This document shows, piece after piece, positions 49,403-60,408 of a stretch of 64,000 nucleotides of DNA. Positions within the stretch are counted from its first letter, which is position 1. Each line of letters starts with the position of its first letter. The DNA lies in assembly GCA_037446635.1 (NCBI GenBank), contig JBBIIG010000001.1:181638-245637 (forward strand). The letters are read 5' to 3'. The notes under the pieces are model-generated. The model had not been told where the DNA came from. It saw only the letters and a list, made by a program, of their open reading frames with translations, and made no database searches. Origin of the DNA: a bacterium (GTDB lineage Bacteria > Zhuqueibacterota > Zhuqueibacteria > Oceanimicrobiales > Oceanimicrobiaceae). Made by a program: the position numbers and the translations under genes.

Positions 49403-51136
49403 TCACTGCTCCAAATTCTTCTCCCGCGCCACCGTCGCCACAAACGGCGCGGAGCGCGGCACTTTGGGCAAGCCGAGAATCTCGCGGGCGCGGTTGAGGG
49501 CGTCGTCGATGTTGCCAAAAACATTGTCTTCGTGAATTTTATCAAGCAGGCCGGCGCGCTGCATGGTCACCAGCGGCTGCGCATGGACGCCAGAGAGGAT
49601 CAATATGGTTCCTTCTTTTTTGGTTTTCTCGAACACGTCTTCCAGCGCGCGCAAGCCAGTGGCATCCAGCGCGAAGACATGGCGCATGCGCAGAATCAGA
49701 ATCTTCGGCGCCTTTTCCACGGTGCGCAAAGCATCCTTAAATTTGTCGGCAGCGCCAAAAAAAAAGGTGCCGTAAATTTCAAACACTTCCACCCCGGGCG
49801 GCACCTCGCGCCTGGCGATAGAATTAGGATCGTCGGTTTCTTCCTCGTCCTCTTGCAGCGATTTGGTGACGTAGCCCATCTGTGTAACATTGGCCATGCG
49901 CCGCATAAACAGCAGCGCCGCCAGCACCACGCCAGCTTGAATCGCAACCGTAAGATCCACCAGCACGGTGAGCAGAAACGTGATCATCAAAACGGCAAAA
50001 TCGCTTTTGGGGCTTTTGAAAATTTTGACAAACAAATGCCACTCGCTCATGTTATAAGCAACCACTAACAGAATCGCCGCCAGAGTTGGCATGGGGATGA
50101 GTACCGCCCATTTGCCGAAGAAAAGCATGATCAGCAAAAGGGTGACGGCGTGGACGATCCCGGCAACCGGCGTGCGGCCGCCGTTTTTAATGTTGGTGGC
50201 GGTGCGGGCGATGGCACCGGTCGCGGGAATGCCGCCAAAAACCGGCGAGGCGATGTTGGCGATGCCCTGCCCGATCAATTCCATATTTGAGCGGTGGCGG
50301 CTGCCGGTCATGCCGTCGGCCACCACAGCCGACAGCAGCGACTCAATGCCGGCCAACAGTGCGATGGTCAGCGCTGGTTGAAATAATTTTTGCACCAGCT
50401 CAAGAGTTATGCTCGGCAAACGCGGCGCCGGCAGCGTGTTGGGAACGCTGCCGAAGCGGCTGCCAATCGTATCAACAGAAAGGTTTAGGATGCTCACGGC
50501 CGCCGTGGTAACGAGAAGCGCAATCAACGAACCGGGTATGCGATGGGTTATCAGCGGCCAAAATCGGATAATCAACAACGCCATCAACCCGATACCCAGC
50601 GCTTGATAATTGAAGGTGGCGGCGTGCTCGACGTACGCCAGGCATTTTTCAATAAATTCAGCGGGGACGTTTGAAATTTGCAGCCCCAAAAAGTCGCGAA
50701 CCTGAGTTACGGCGATAATCAGCGCAATGCCGGCGGTGAAGCCGACGGTCACGGGATACGGGATGAACTTGATAATCGCGCCGAAACCCGCCAACCCCAT
50801 CATAACCAGCAGCACGCCGGCGATAAGCGTGGCGACGGCCAGCCCGTTGTAGCCGTGTTGCGCCACGATGCTGTAAACGATCACGATGAACGCGCCAGTG
50901 GGACCGCCAATCTGCACCCGGCTGCCGCTTAACACAGAAATCAAAACTCCAGCTACTACGGCTGTGTACAACCCTTGCTCCGGTTTGACACCGGAGGCAA
51001 TGGCAAAGGCAATCGCCAGCGGCAGCGCCACGATCCCCACAATCACTCCGGCGACGAGATCATGGGTGAGCTGTTGGCGTGAATACCCCTCCCGGAAAAT
51101 AGTTATCAACTTTGGCTCGAGCCTGGTGTGCGGCAT
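49403..51136 (-). CDS. SulP-family anion transporter with STAS domain
   Basis: [51 protein letters not shown]. Confidence 0.93.
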   Translation of the reverse strand: MPHTRLEPKLITIFREGYSRQQLTHDLVAGVIVGIVALPLAIAFAIASGVKPEQGLYTAVVAGVLISVLSGSRVQIGGPTGAFIVIVYSIVAQHGYNGLAVATLIAGVLLVMMGLAGFGAIIKFIPYPVTVGFTAGIALIIAVTQVRDFLGLQISNVPAEFIEKCLAYVEHAATFNYQALGIGLMALLIIRFWPLITHRIPGSLIALLVTTAAVSILNLSVDTIGSRFGSVPNTLPAPRLPSITLELVQKLFQPALTIALLAGIESLLSAVVADGMTGSRHRSNMELIGQGIANIASPVFGGIPATGAIARTATNIKNGGRTPVAGIVHAVTLLLIMLFFGKWAVLIPMPTLAAILLVVAYNMSEWHLFVKIFKSPKSDFAVLMITFLLTVLVDLTVAIQAGVVLAALLFMRRMANVTQMGYVTKSLQEDEEETDDPNSIARREVPPGVEVFEIYGTFFFGAADKFKDALRTVEKAPKILILRMRHVFALDATGLRALEDVFEKTKKEGTILILSGVHAQPLVTMQRAGLLDKIHEDNVFGNIDDALNRAREILGLPKVPRSAPFVATVAREKNLEQ

Positions 51137-51288
51137 AAAACCTGATTTCCTGTTACTAAAAATAAATGGCCAAAATACAAAATCAGGATACTTTAACAAA
51201 ACTAAAATTTGGTTAAAGCGGGAAAATTTTAGCGGTTAAGTTGAGTTAAAGGGATTGAGAACCTAACATAATCTTTCCTCCTCCCTCC

Positions 51289-51328
51289 AAGAACCGTCCG
51301 CGCTGAGTCGTGGGCGGTTCTTTTTTTT
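51289..51328 (+). terminator. Plus-strand intrinsic terminator with no plus-strand CDS upstream
   Basis: AAGAACCGTCCGCG-ctgagt-CGTGGGCGGTTC followed by a T run. Confidence 0.7.
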
Positions 51329-51359
51329 GGTAAGCTGGAAGTTTACCAAGTTAATAGCA

Positions 51360-51659
51360 TCACGCCCAATCTGGCCAATCAATCGTTCGCCAGAATCGAT
51401 AGGCAAGCTCCCAGGCAATCGCCCCAATTATGATTCCAAACCCGATGATCACATAATGGATGAGAACGAATCGCGCCTGTGCAAAATGGTATCCAAACAG
51501 CGCGCTGAAAATAACCACGCTGCCAAAACAGGCGTATTTCGCCAGATGCCAGAGCTTGTTCAAATCGCGGTTGCCTTTGGAAAAAGCGATGCCGTCCATC
51601 AGCGAGTTGCATAAAAATCCAAAAACGATCAACAGGCCGATAACAATTGCCGAGCCCAT
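51360..51659 (-). CDS. Hypothetical three-TM membrane protein
   Basis: AAGGAGG RBS; three hydrophobic segments. Confidence 0.65.
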   Translation of the reverse strand: MGSAIVIGLLIVFGFLCNSLMDGIAFSKGNRDLNKLWHLAKYACFGSVVIFSALFGYHFAQARFVLIHYVIIGFGIIIGAIAWELAYRFWRTIDWPDWA

Positions 51660-51777
51660 ACTTTGCCTCCTTTCTTAAATAATTTTTCAGCTACAATTAA
51701 ACGTCGTGCTGGATGTTCAAAAAAGTGATATTGAAAATTTGCTATTTTTTCAAGCCGCAACCTCGAGATTTTGATTG

Positions 51778-51806
51778 TTGACATTCCAAAATAATCTCTA
51801 TACATT
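51778..51806 (+). promoter_or_regulatory. Sigma-70 promoter
   Basis: TTGACA-N17-TACATT. Confidence 0.55.
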
Positions 51807-51835
51807 GTTTTGGTTATTCTGCTTGGGAGAATTGT

Positions 51836-52165
51836 ATGAGCAAAATTTTCTTATTGGTCATCCTTCTAATGGCAGCATCTTGCGCCGTCATGAAAAAAAA
51901 CGAAAATGAAAGCCGGCCCAAGACCACCGTGAAAGTGGAAAACCGTAATTGGCTCGATATGGACATTTATGTTCTCCACAGCTCGCAGCGAATACGGCTC
52001 GGCACGGTCACCGGTCTAAGCGAAAAAACTCTCATCATTCCAAATCACGTGCTGGGCGCGCCAACCCTGCGATTTGTTGCAGACCCCATCGGCGCACGCG
52101 GCCAGTCGGTCACTCACGACATCGCGGTTCTACCCGGCGATCAAATCATCCTCTACATTCCTTAA
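51836..52165 (+). CDS. Hypothetical lipoprotein
   Basis: GGGAG RBS; lipobox-like AASC; beta-rich body. Confidence 0.7.
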   Translation: MSKIFLLVILLMAASCAVMKKNENESRPKTTVKVENRNWLDMDIYVLHSSQRIRLGTVTGLSEKTLIIPNHVLGAPTLRFVADPIGARGQSVTHDIAVLPGDQIILYIP

Positions 52166-52172
52166 CTCTTTT

Positions 52173-54479
52173 ATGCCCAAGTTTCCAGCCATTCTTTTCG
52201 ATATAAAAGTAGTGACCTTAATTGGCTTATTTTGTCATCCGACGCTGGCACAAGAACATAGGGAGCCCGATATGACCAAAATGGTTTCGGCAAAAGCCCT
52301 GGACCAAATTCACATTCAGATAGATTTCGAAAACGAAAAGTACACGTTCTCAAAAAATGATGTGAAGCTCGCCGGCGCCGAGATTCTCGAGATTAAAGCC
52401 GAGGGAAACTCGGTCTTCCTGAAAACCAGCGCCCTGGACTATCGAAAGAATTATTACGTTGGCATCAAAAGATATGGTAAACTCCCGGTTGATTTGGGAG
52501 TTCTACTGGATGAACTGAAATCCGAAAAACCACTGGGCTGCATCGTTGAAAACGGCCAAACCGTCTTCCGCGTGTTTGCACCTCGGGCCACCTCAGTGAC
52601 GCTGGTGTTATTTGAAACCCACGCTGACTCCACTGGCTCAGAATTCAACATGCAAAAAGACTCGGAGGGCGTTTGGGAGTTTGCCATCGAAGGAACTCAA
52701 TGGGGAAAATACTACGGCTACAAAGTAGCGGGGCCTGTCGACGCGACCGAGCAATTCGCCCCCAAAACCGTCATCGCCGACCCGTACTCGAAAGCGGTGT
52801 GCACGAAAAACTCGTATCTCCACGAAGCCAAAAGCATCATCCTCAAAACCGATGACTACGATTGGGAAGGCGACGCGCCGCTCTCCATTAAATGGGAAGA
52901 CCTGATCATCTACGAAGCGCACGTGCGCGACCTGACCGCGCATCCCTCTTCCGGCGCTAAAGAAAAAGGCACGTACCGAGGTTTCATTGAAACCGGAACC
53001 CGCGGCGGCGTGAATCACATTCTGGAATTGGGGGCGAACGCGGTGGAGCTGCTCCCCATTCATGAATTCGGCAACATCGAAATTCCGTACCAGAAAAACG
53101 TCAACGGCGTGGTCAACACCTGGAATCCCTACGAACGCAATCACTGGGGCTACATGACGTCGTACTTTTTCGCCCCGGAGTCCTATTACGCCAGCGACGG
53201 CAATATGCGCCCCGGCGACTACTGCGGAATTCGCGGCCAGCAGGTGAACGAATTCAAAGACCTGGTGAAAGCCTTGCACAAAAAAGGCATCGCGGTGATT
53301 CTCGACGTGGTTTACAATCACGTCTCGGAATACGATCTCAATGCGCTCAAGTACATCGACAAGAAGTACTACTTCCGCCTCGATCCCAAAATGGATTTCG
53401 TGGCGCTCAGCGGCTGCGGCAACGATTTCAAAACCGCGCGGCCGATGGCGCGGCGGCTGATCGTTGACAGCGTCAAATACTGGCTGCAAGAATATCACAT
53501 CGATGGCTTCCGTTTCGATCTGGCGACGCTCATCGATTGGGAGACGGTGGAGGCAATCACGGAGGCCGCCAAGAAAGTTAATCCAAATGTGATCTTGATC
53601 GCCGAGCCCTGGGGCGGCGGCAAATACGATCTCGGCGGATTCTCGCAGCGCGGCTGGGGCGCGTGGAACGATCTCATCCGCAATGGCGTCAAAGGCCAAA
53701 ATCCGCACAACGCGCCGGGCTGGATTTTCGGCAGCTTCTGCTGCGGCAACAATCCGAAAACTCTCGCGGCTTACGTGCGCGGCTCGACGCACGAATACGG
53801 CGGGCCGTTTGTGAAGCCAGCGCATTCGATCAACTATCTTGAGTCGCACGACGATCACACCCTTGGCGATTTCATTCGCATCGCCAGCGGTGAAGTCGAT
53901 CCGTCGCAGCCGGTCAATGGCGAGTACGCGAAGCTTACTTCTTCGCAACTCAAGCTTCACAAACTGGCGGCGGTGTTTCTTTTCACCAGCCAGGGGCCGA
54001 TCATGATTTCCGAGGGGCAGGAATTTGGCCGCAGCAAAGTCATCGCGCCCACTGACGCGCCCGATGAACACGTCGGCTTCATCGATCACAATTCCTACAA
54101 CAAAGACAACGAAACCAACTGGCTCAACTTCGATCACAAAGAAATGAATCGCGAGCTAGTGGATTACTACCGCGGGTTGATTGATTTGAGAAAAAATCAT
54201 CGCGCCCTGCGTTGGACGCCCGGCGAGAAGATCCATTTCCTCAAATCCGAGAGCCCGTTTGCGCTTGGTTTTCATCTCCCCAAAGAAGCGTCGGGAGATA
54301 AGTGGGATTTCGTTGTGCTGATGAATGCGAATCCTGAGCAAACAGTTTCATTTGATTTGCCCAAGGGATTTTGGCGGAAAGTGGTGGACGGGCAGCGCGC
54401 CGGCAGAGAACCGTTTGGGGAGATCATTTCGGAAAAAGTAACGGCGCCAGCGGTGACAGGTGTGGTTTTAATCCAATAA
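52173..54479 (+). CDS. Pullulanase-like GH13 debranching enzyme with CBM48, probably secreted
   Basis: FRVFAPRA, ADPYSKA, IIYEAHVRD, WGY, DVVYNH, DGFRFDL, AEPW, ESHDD. Start is uncertain. Confidence 0.88.
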   Translation: MPKFPAILFDIKVVTLIGLFCHPTLAQEHREPDMTKMVSAKALDQIHIQIDFENEKYTFSKNDVKLAGAEILEIKAEGNSVFLKTSALDYRKNYYVGIKRYGKLPVDLGVLLDELKSEKPLGCIVENGQTVFRVFAPRATSVTLVLFETHADSTGSEFNMQKDSEGVWEFAIEGTQWGKYYGYKVAGPVDATEQFAPKTVIADPYSKAVCTKNSYLHEAKSIILKTDDYDWEGDAPLSIKWEDLIIYEAHVRDLTAHPSSGAKEKGTYRGFIETGTRGGVNHILELGANAVELLPIHEFGNIEIPYQKNVNGVVNTWNPYERNHWGYMTSYFFAPESYYASDGNMRPGDYCGIRGQQVNEFKDLVKALHKKGIAVILDVVYNHVSEYDLNALKYIDKKYYFRLDPKMDFVALSGCGNDFKTARPMARRLIVDSVKYWLQEYHIDGFRFDLATLIDWETVEAITEAAKKVNPNVILIAEPWGGGKYDLGGFSQRGWGAWNDLIRNGVKGQNPHNAPGWIFGSFCCGNNPKTLAAYVRGSTHEYGGPFVKPAHSINYLESHDDHTLGDFIRIASGEVDPSQPVNGEYAKLTSSQLKLHKLAAVFLFTSQGPIMISEGQEFGRSKVIAPTDAPDEHVGFIDHNSYNKDNETNWLNFDHKEMNRELVDYYRGLIDLRKNHRALRWTPGEKIHFLKSESPFALGFHLPKEASGDKWDFVVLMNANPEQTVSFDLPKGFWRKVVDGQRAGREPFGEIISEKVTAPAVTGVVLIQ

Positions 54480-54490
54480 TCAAAGAACAA

Positions 54491-54928
54491 TTATTTTTTA
54501 CTAAGATGCGGGTACCCTTTCTCTCCCCCATCCCCATTCGAAACCGGAAACCCCAGCTCCGCCCAACCTTTCTGCACCACGTTGCCGAACATATCGCGCT
54601 TGCCGCTAAACCCGCCATCGACGTTGGCTAAATTCTGGTAGCCCACCTGCTCCAGAATTTGACACGCCAGGTACGAACGCGGCCCCGCAGCGCAGCCAAT
54701 AATCAGTTTCGCGTCCTTTGCAAAATTCCTTTCGAACACGTCCACAAAATCAGGATTGTCTTCCATCATCTGAATTTCGGAGTTAAAATCTTTGATGGGA
54801 ATATTATAGGCCTCCGCGGGACGCCCTTTTTGAAACTCCAATTGCGAACGGACGTCCACGTAAACGTAGCCGTCGTTTTTATCCAAAAGCTCCTTGGCTT
54901 GCGCCGGGGTTATTTGTTTGAATGGCAT
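54491..54928 (-). CDS. Rhodanese-like protein
   Basis: YVDVRS, GCAAGPRS, NVDGG; AAGGAG RBS. Confidence 0.88.
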   Translation of the reverse strand: MPFKQITPAQAKELLDKNDGYVYVDVRSQLEFQKGRPAEAYNIPIKDFNSEIQMMEDNPDFVDVFERNFAKDAKLIIGCAAGPRSYLACQILEQVGYQNLANVDGGFSGKRDMFGNVVQKGWAELGFPVSNGDGGEKGYPHLSKK

Positions 54929-54954
54929 CGTTTTCACTCCTTTGCTTGTTACCG

Positions 54955-54987
54955 GCGTTTACTAAACCTTAAAGGTTTAGTAAACGC
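54955..54987. repeat. TTTACTAAAC-family palindrome, copy 3
   Basis: Perfect 16-bp arms GCGTTTACTAAACCTT-A-AAGGTTTAGTAAACGC. Confidence 0.8.
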
Positions 54988-55069
54988 TACAAAGCTTTTT
55001 CATTGCAACTTTGTGAGAGCCTGCTAAATTAATTTGCAAAATATAAAAAAACCGAGGGAGGAAATCCAA

Positions 55070-56371
55070 TTGAAAATTTCGAGAATGATTCTAACGCTTC
55101 TCAGCTTTATCTGCGCCGTCTCTTCTGCAAAAGCAAGCGGTACCAACGAGATGTACGGCAAGCCCCTCAAAGAAATCCGCATCTCCGGCGCGCGTTATAC
55201 CGACACTCACATCCTCACCCGCGAGCTGGCGTCCAAAGTCGGCCAGCCCTATTTGAAAGAGAACGCCGAAAAAGATTATGCCCGGCTGGATCGGCTGGAT
55301 ATTTTCAGCTCAGTTAAAATTACGCCGCTGTTAGAAAATGATAGCGTGGCGCTGCAAATCGACGTGAAAGAAATTTTCCCGTACCTGCCCTTTTTCAGTT
55401 ACGAAGTTACGGACGAAAACGGCTTTGCCGGCGGGCCGGGATTTCAATCGGTGAACTTGCTGCGGCGCGATATTTTCTTTTTTGGCGCGGCGCGCTTCGG
55501 CGGCGCCACCAACATCAATTTTTTGTACGAAAACCCGTGGATTGCCGGCAACCATTTTTCGGTGCGGTTTGAATTTTATCAGCGCGACCGCTTCAACGAT
55601 CTCGATGATTTCAACGAAATCGCCAGCGAAGCCAATTTGCAAATTGGCAGCTTCATCGGCGAGTACGGCCGCATCGGCGGGCGGCTCGGTTTTCTTTCCA
55701 TCAAAAGCGATTCCGCGGGGCGCACGCTCGCGACCAGCAATCGCGACAACCTGCCGACCCTCGGATTTTATATCGGATACGACAGCCGCGACCTGTGGTC
55801 GAATCCCCACCGCGGCTGGCACAATGAATTCGAGATTTCCAAAAGCGGCGGCTTGCTCGGCGCGGACGGCGACTACTGGTCGTTTACGTTCGATGTTCGC
55901 CGGTACCTGCCCATCATTAATCGCCACACCCTCGCGATCTTCTCCCTCGCCACCTTGCGCATCGGCGACGTGGGCGACGAAATTCCACCGCATCAGGATT
56001 TTCACATCGGCGGCACCAACAGCGTGCGCGGCTGGGAATTGGATTCGCGGCGCGGCAAGCATCAGTTCCTCAACACCGCGGAATATCGCTTCACACTGCT
56101 GGAACCGCGTCTGCTCACCGCGCCTTTTGGACTAACCTTCGACATCGGACTCCAACTCGCCCTCTTCGGCGATCTCGGCATCGCGTGGGACGAATCCGAG
56201 CAATTCAAGTCCGATAACTTCATCGGCGGCTTCGGTTTTGGTCTGCGGTTTCTCGTTCCCTTCGTCAACATGTTCCGCGTGGATTTTGGCTTCGGCGAGC
56301 CGGGGGAAAGCATTCGGCTGCACATCGGCGCATTTGAGAAACCGGTGGCGCAGCGGTTCCGGGTGCGGTAA
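55070..56371 (+). CDS. Omp85 (BamA/TamA-like) outer membrane protein with one POTRA domain
   Basis: TTG after GAGGGAGG; POTRA-like N-terminus; YDSRD, GGTNSVRGW, GFGFGLRF. Confidence 0.85.
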   Translation: MKISRMILTLLSFICAVSSAKASGTNEMYGKPLKEIRISGARYTDTHILTRELASKVGQPYLKENAEKDYARLDRLDIFSSVKITPLLENDSVALQIDVKEIFPYLPFFSYEVTDENGFAGGPGFQSVNLLRRDIFFFGAARFGGATNINFLYENPWIAGNHFSVRFEFYQRDRFNDLDDFNEIASEANLQIGSFIGEYGRIGGRLGFLSIKSDSAGRTLATSNRDNLPTLGFYIGYDSRDLWSNPHRGWHNEFEISKSGGLLGADGDYWSFTFDVRRYLPIINRHTLAIFSLATLRIGDVGDEIPPHQDFHIGGTNSVRGWELDSRRGKHQFLNTAEYRFTLLEPRLLTAPFGLTFDIGLQLALFGDLGIAWDESEQFKSDNFIGGFGFGLRFLVPFVNMFRVDFGFGEPGESIRLHIGAFEKPVAQRFRVR

Positions 56372-56375
56372 AATG

Positions 56376-56402
56376 TCAAACACCGTCTCAGACGGTGTTT
56401 GA
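56376..56402. repeat. Perfect palindrome between convergent genes
   Basis: TCAAACACCGTCT-C-AGACGGTGTTTGA. Confidence 0.6.
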
Positions 56403-56542
56403 TCGGTTATCAAAATCAACCAAAAATTTCTGACACGCCAAATGGCGCTGAATTTGACCCGGCGATCTTGCATTATTGGGGAAGAATATGCCTGCCTGCA
56501 TCTGCGAAGACGGATCCGCCAAGCGAACACACGCCAGTAAAA

Positions 56543-59500
56543 TTAAAGTTTTGCCGGCCTGCGCAGGCGGGCACTCGGCCTCTTGCGAGTCTTCGCCGTC
56601 TTTGTTTTCGCGGCGCGCTTCTTTTTTGCTGGAACACTGTTTCCATCCAGCGCCGACAACAACTTCTCCACCTTGAACTCCGACTCCTTCTCCGCTTGCC
56701 GCCATTTGTCAATGATGGCGAATACATCCGCAATGGCTTTGGCTGCTTTCGTTTTCACTACTTTCGGCTGCGACGTGATCTGTATGACGGCAACGCTAAA
56801 CAGCCACCACAGCAGCTTCTCGAAATTTTCTTTGTTGAACCACAAAATCTCATTGAAGCGGTTCACTTTCAGAAACTGTTGAACGTCTGCAGATTTCAAC
56901 AAGCGCCTCAGCAGATGATGTACCCGGTTTTTGTTTGCCCGTCCAGCAGGCGGGCCTCCCTGAAGATCGTCAGGCGAGCCGTCTTCGGAAAAATACCAAC
57001 TTTGCTGCGCCACGAGCAGCGCCACCAGTTGCCGCGCCTCCCACTTTTGGCCTTCATCCAATCCCAACTTGCCGAGCACATTTTGCAGCCGCTTGCCCAA
57101 CAGCCACTCGTCGAACCAACTGCGGCTCAACATTTCGAAATCTTTTTCTTTGAGAATTTTGCCGATCGCATGGGTGCACAACCAGCCAAACGCAACCGCG
57201 TCCACAAACGGGCCGTCTGCAAATTCATCTTTCAAAATTTTTGCTGCCGCCGAAAATAACTTCGCCTTCGCCATCGGGAAACGGCGGCCCACGGACTCCA
57301 TTTGCAGAAAGGACTCCATTCTCGCGCGCACCGTTTTCGCCAGCAGATTTTCCTTGCCGCGACCCGATGAAAAATGCTTGGCCTGCGTTAAAAACTCCGA
57401 ATACTTCTTTTCAAAATCATCCAAAAATACTTTTGCATTTTTTTTGTTTGACCGAGCTTCCGAAAACCGTTGCAGCATCTCAGCATTCACGAGGGCATCG
57501 TAGGTTTGGTGCAGCGGCATGAGATACAGCTCCCGCAGCGCCTCATCAATGCTGGGCACGCCGCGCCCGTTGAGATGCGCTGCAAGCTGGGCGTAGTGCC
57601 GCCACTCGTTGTCGTGCACCTGGCGAAAATCAAGATAGACGTGGTATTTGTACGCGCCCAGTTCCACGTACAAGCCGTGCTCGCACAACTCTTTGCTGTT
57701 GCGAAGGTATTCGAGTCCCGACACGTGGTCGCGGAAAATGCAAAAATAATTTTCGTTGTGATAGATGCCGAGCCCCTGTCCGAGATCGCGCTGAATCAAT
57801 CGCGTTTCATCGCCGACACCGGTTTTGACCGCGAACGCCGTGGAGTAGCGAATCCAGCCGCGCGCATCGGCAAATTTATTGTTATAAATCACCAGCGCCC
57901 GTTCATCGCCAAAACGATTCGAGTACGCAAAGACATTTTCGTTGACGCTGCCATCGGGATTGAAAAAATCATACAGGAGAAAATTTTCCACTTCGGCGAA
58001 GAGATAGCGTTTTTTCATCAACGGAAAAATTTCGCGCACGTGGCGCTGCACCAGCCACTCGTCCACCGGCTCGTCCCAATACGCGCGGCGGTACTCCATG
58101 CCGTATTTTTCGGTGAAGCCTTCAATCTGGCCGTGGCCAAACATGGGCAGGCCGGGCATGGTCACCAGCATCGTGCAGACGCCGAAGTATTTGTCGTCTT
58201 TGCCGAATTGCGCCACCGCGGTGTCCTCGTCCGGATTGTTCATGAAATTAACGTAGCGCTTCAAAATTTCCGGATTGAACTGAATAGTATTTTTGATGGT
58301 ATCGCGGTACTTTTGATTTTCCTCATTTTTCAGCATGTTCATAAACGCGCTGTTGTACACGCGATGCATCCCAAGCGTGCGGACAAAATATCCCTCCATC
58401 AACCAGAAGGCCTCGGCCAGCAGCAGCGTGTCCGGCGCTTCAACGGCCACGCGATCCACGACCTCACGCCAGAATTCATTGGGCATGGCTTTGTTGAACT
58501 CATCTTTCGTCAATCCGTGACCGGCGCGCGAGGGAATGTCGCCGCCCGTGCCCGGTTCCGGAAACCACAGCCGCTGATAATGACGTTTCGTCAACGTCAT
58601 CGCCGCGTCGAAGCGAATCACCGAAAAATTGTGCGCCACATGCAGAATCGTCCGAATCACCGCCTCACGAACTTCCGGATTCAAGTAATTCAGTTGCGCG
58701 GTGTCATTCCACGGCATGCGGGTGCCGTCGTTGCCGTGATAAATGTAGCGCACGTCGCCGGTCCAAAAATCGTGGCGTTTGAACACCACCGCCGCGTCCT
58801 GCCGGCTGTAATATTTATCGTCGATGAAAATTCCGTAGCGCGGATCGGACGACAAATTCGGGCCATTGAACGAATACGAGGGGAACGGCGGATACGGCAG
58901 GGAGATGTACCAGTCGGGATGCTCGCGCACCCAGCGCGAATCGATGCCGGTGTGATTGGGCACCATGTCGCAGCCGAGGCGGATGCCGCGCAGGCCGCAG
59001 CGATATTTCAAATTTTGCAGCGCCTCCCAGCCGCCTAATTCGTGGGCGATTTCATAATCAAACAGCGAATAGGCCGAAGACTCCGCCTCCGGATTGCCAC
59101 ACAATTGCTTGATGCGCTTTGAGGCCGGGCTGCGCTCCCAGATGCCGATGAGCCAGAGCCCGGTGAAGCCCCAGCGCGCGAGGGTGTCGAGTTCCTCGTC
59201 CGGAATTTGATCAAGCCGGGTGATGGCGCGCTGGTATTTTTTTGAAAGCTGATCGAGCCACACGAGTGTGCTTTTGGCGATGAGCACCAGCCGCGGCATC
59301 CAGTGCAGATCCGGGCTGAAACGCTCGGGCTCATACTCGTGCTGCCAAAACGACGGCGCGACCGTGGGCGGCGGCCCGAAGAAGATCGCTTTGATTTCTT
59401 CCTTGATCAAATCGAAACTGGCGAGCAGGCGCAGCAGCAACCCTTCGATCAGCATTCCCCAATGCAGGCGAATGAAGTGGAGCTGATCTTCCAGCGAATG

Positions 59501-60133
59501 CGGGGCGTTCTTTGCCGGCAACCGCAGAAACTCGACGAGATTGAAACCGGCGGCAATTTTCGGCTGCGTTTCAAAAAACTCGTGCAGGCTGTGCATCATG
59601 CTTACATAAACGGTTTCCTTTTCCAGCGGCTCGTCATCGAACAATTCCAGAAACGGCGAAAACGCCGGGTTAAGATTGGCCAGCCACAGCAGCAGCATTT
59701 CTTCCAAAACCAATTCGCGGTTGGCAACGCCGGCAGTGCTGCCTTGCAGATAAAGTCGCGGCGCGGTTTTCCCTTTGTAAACTTCCAGCGGCGGAAACTC
59801 TTCGAGAAACTTCAGCAGCGTTTTATCGACCGGCTCTTCACCGTGTTTGTTTTGCAACCAGTCAAGCGCCTCGCGGAACACCTGCGGCTTCACTTGCTTG
59901 CGGTAGTGGGCGATGACAATGTGCAGAATCTCGTCGATCAATCCCAGCGCGTTGATCTGACCGGCTTTCACCGCCTGTTCGGGATGGCTGGCCAGATCGC
60001 GCTTCTCATTCATCTTTTGGGCAAAAATTCGCGCGGCGTGGAAATCCGCAAACACCACGTTGCCCGTGGAGGTGAAGAGATGATCATCGAACTGGTATTT
60101 TTCCCGCGCCCGTCGCGAGACATGAAACTCCAT
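56543..60133 (-). CDS. Large alpha-amylase-family (GH13) protein with long N- and C-terminal extensions
   Basis: DMVPNH, IRFDAAM, LAEAFW, NNPDE catalytic regions. Likely start MEFHVSR at 60133. Confidence 0.85.
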   Translation of the reverse strand: MEFHVSRRAREKYQFDDHLFTSTGNVVFADFHAARIFAQKMNEKRDLASHPEQAVKAGQINALGLIDEILHIVIAHYRKQVKPQVFREALDWLQNKHGEEPVDKTLLKFLEEFPPLEVYKGKTAPRLYLQGSTAGVANRELVLEEMLLLWLANLNPAFSPFLELFDDEPLEKETVYVSMMHSLHEFFETQPKIAAGFNLVEFLRLPAKNAPHSLEDQLHFIRLHWGMLIEGLLLRLLASFDLIKEEIKAIFFGPPPTVAPSFWQHEYEPERFSPDLHWMPRLVLIAKSTLVWLDQLSKKYQRAITRLDQIPDEELDTLARWGFTGLWLIGIWERSPASKRIKQLCGNPEAESSAYSLFDYEIAHELGGWEALQNLKYRCGLRGIRLGCDMVPNHTGIDSRWVREHPDWYISLPYPPFPSYSFNGPNLSSDPRYGIFIDDKYYSRQDAAVVFKRHDFWTGDVRYIYHGNDGTRMPWNDTAQLNYLNPEVREAVIRTILHVAHNFSVIRFDAAMTLTKRHYQRLWFPEPGTGGDIPSRAGHGLTKDEFNKAMPNEFWREVVDRVAVEAPDTLLLAEAFWLMEGYFVRTLGMHRVYNSAFMNMLKNEENQKYRDTIKNTIQFNPEILKRYVNFMNNPDEDTAVAQFGKDDKYFGVCTMLVTMPGLPMFGHGQIEGFTEKYGMEYRRAYWDEPVDEWLVQRHVREIFPLMKKRYLFAEVENFLLYDFFNPDGSVNENVFAYSNRFGDERALVIYNNKFADARGWIRYSTAFAVKTGVGDETRLIQRDLGQGLGIYHNENYFCIFRDHVSGLEYLRNSKELCEHGLYVELGAYKYHVYLDFRQVHDNEWRHYAQLAAHLNGRGVPSIDEALRELYLMPLHQTYDALVNAEMLQRFSEARSNKKNAKVFLDDFEKKYSEFLTQAKHFSSGRGKENLLAKTVRARMESFLQMESVGRRFPMAKAKLFSAAAKILKDEFADGPFVDAVAFGWLCTHAIGKILKEKDFEMLSRSWFDEWLLGKRLQNVLGKLGLDEGQKWEARQLVALLVAQQSWYFSEDGSPDDLQGGPPAGRANKNRVHHLLRRLLKSADVQQFLKVNRFNEILWFNKENFEKLLWWLFSVAVIQITSQPKVVKTKAAKAIADVFAIIDKWRQAEKESEFKVEKLLSALDGNSVPAKKKRAAKTKTAKTRKRPSARLRRPAKL

Positions 60134-60243
60134 TGCGGGAGAAGAAAGGAACTCATGAGTCGATTCAACGTCGCCAAACTTCCGGAATCGAATTCGCAGC
60201 AATTTCGCCAAAATGCTCTCCTCGAGATTTAAGTATGAAATTG

Positions 60244-60277
60244 ACCGTAGGGGTAATTCATGAATTACCCCTACGGT
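60244..60277. repeat. GTAG-type REP-like perfect palindrome
   Basis: ACCGTAGGGGTAATTCA|TGAATTACCCCTACGGT. Confidence 0.75.
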
Positions 60278-60408
60278 GAATATAACTTCGATGAGATTCT
60301 TTGTAAAGGGAAAACTTGCGGCAGAGTTTGCGACAAAACAAGATGTGAGGTTCTGTGAGAGATTTGAACCTCCCCCGGATCGATTGCACCAGAGGAGGTT
60401 CGATTTAT

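Noticed and set aside
52638..60232. Long antisense ORFs 52638-54137, 56399-57259, 57470-59038, 59303-60232
   Set aside because: Antisense shadows of the two GH13 genes.
60366..60401. Hairpin GAACCTCC...GGAGGTTC as an ncRNA
   Set aside because: Short imperfect stem right after a stop codon; best explained as a terminator or REP-like remnant.
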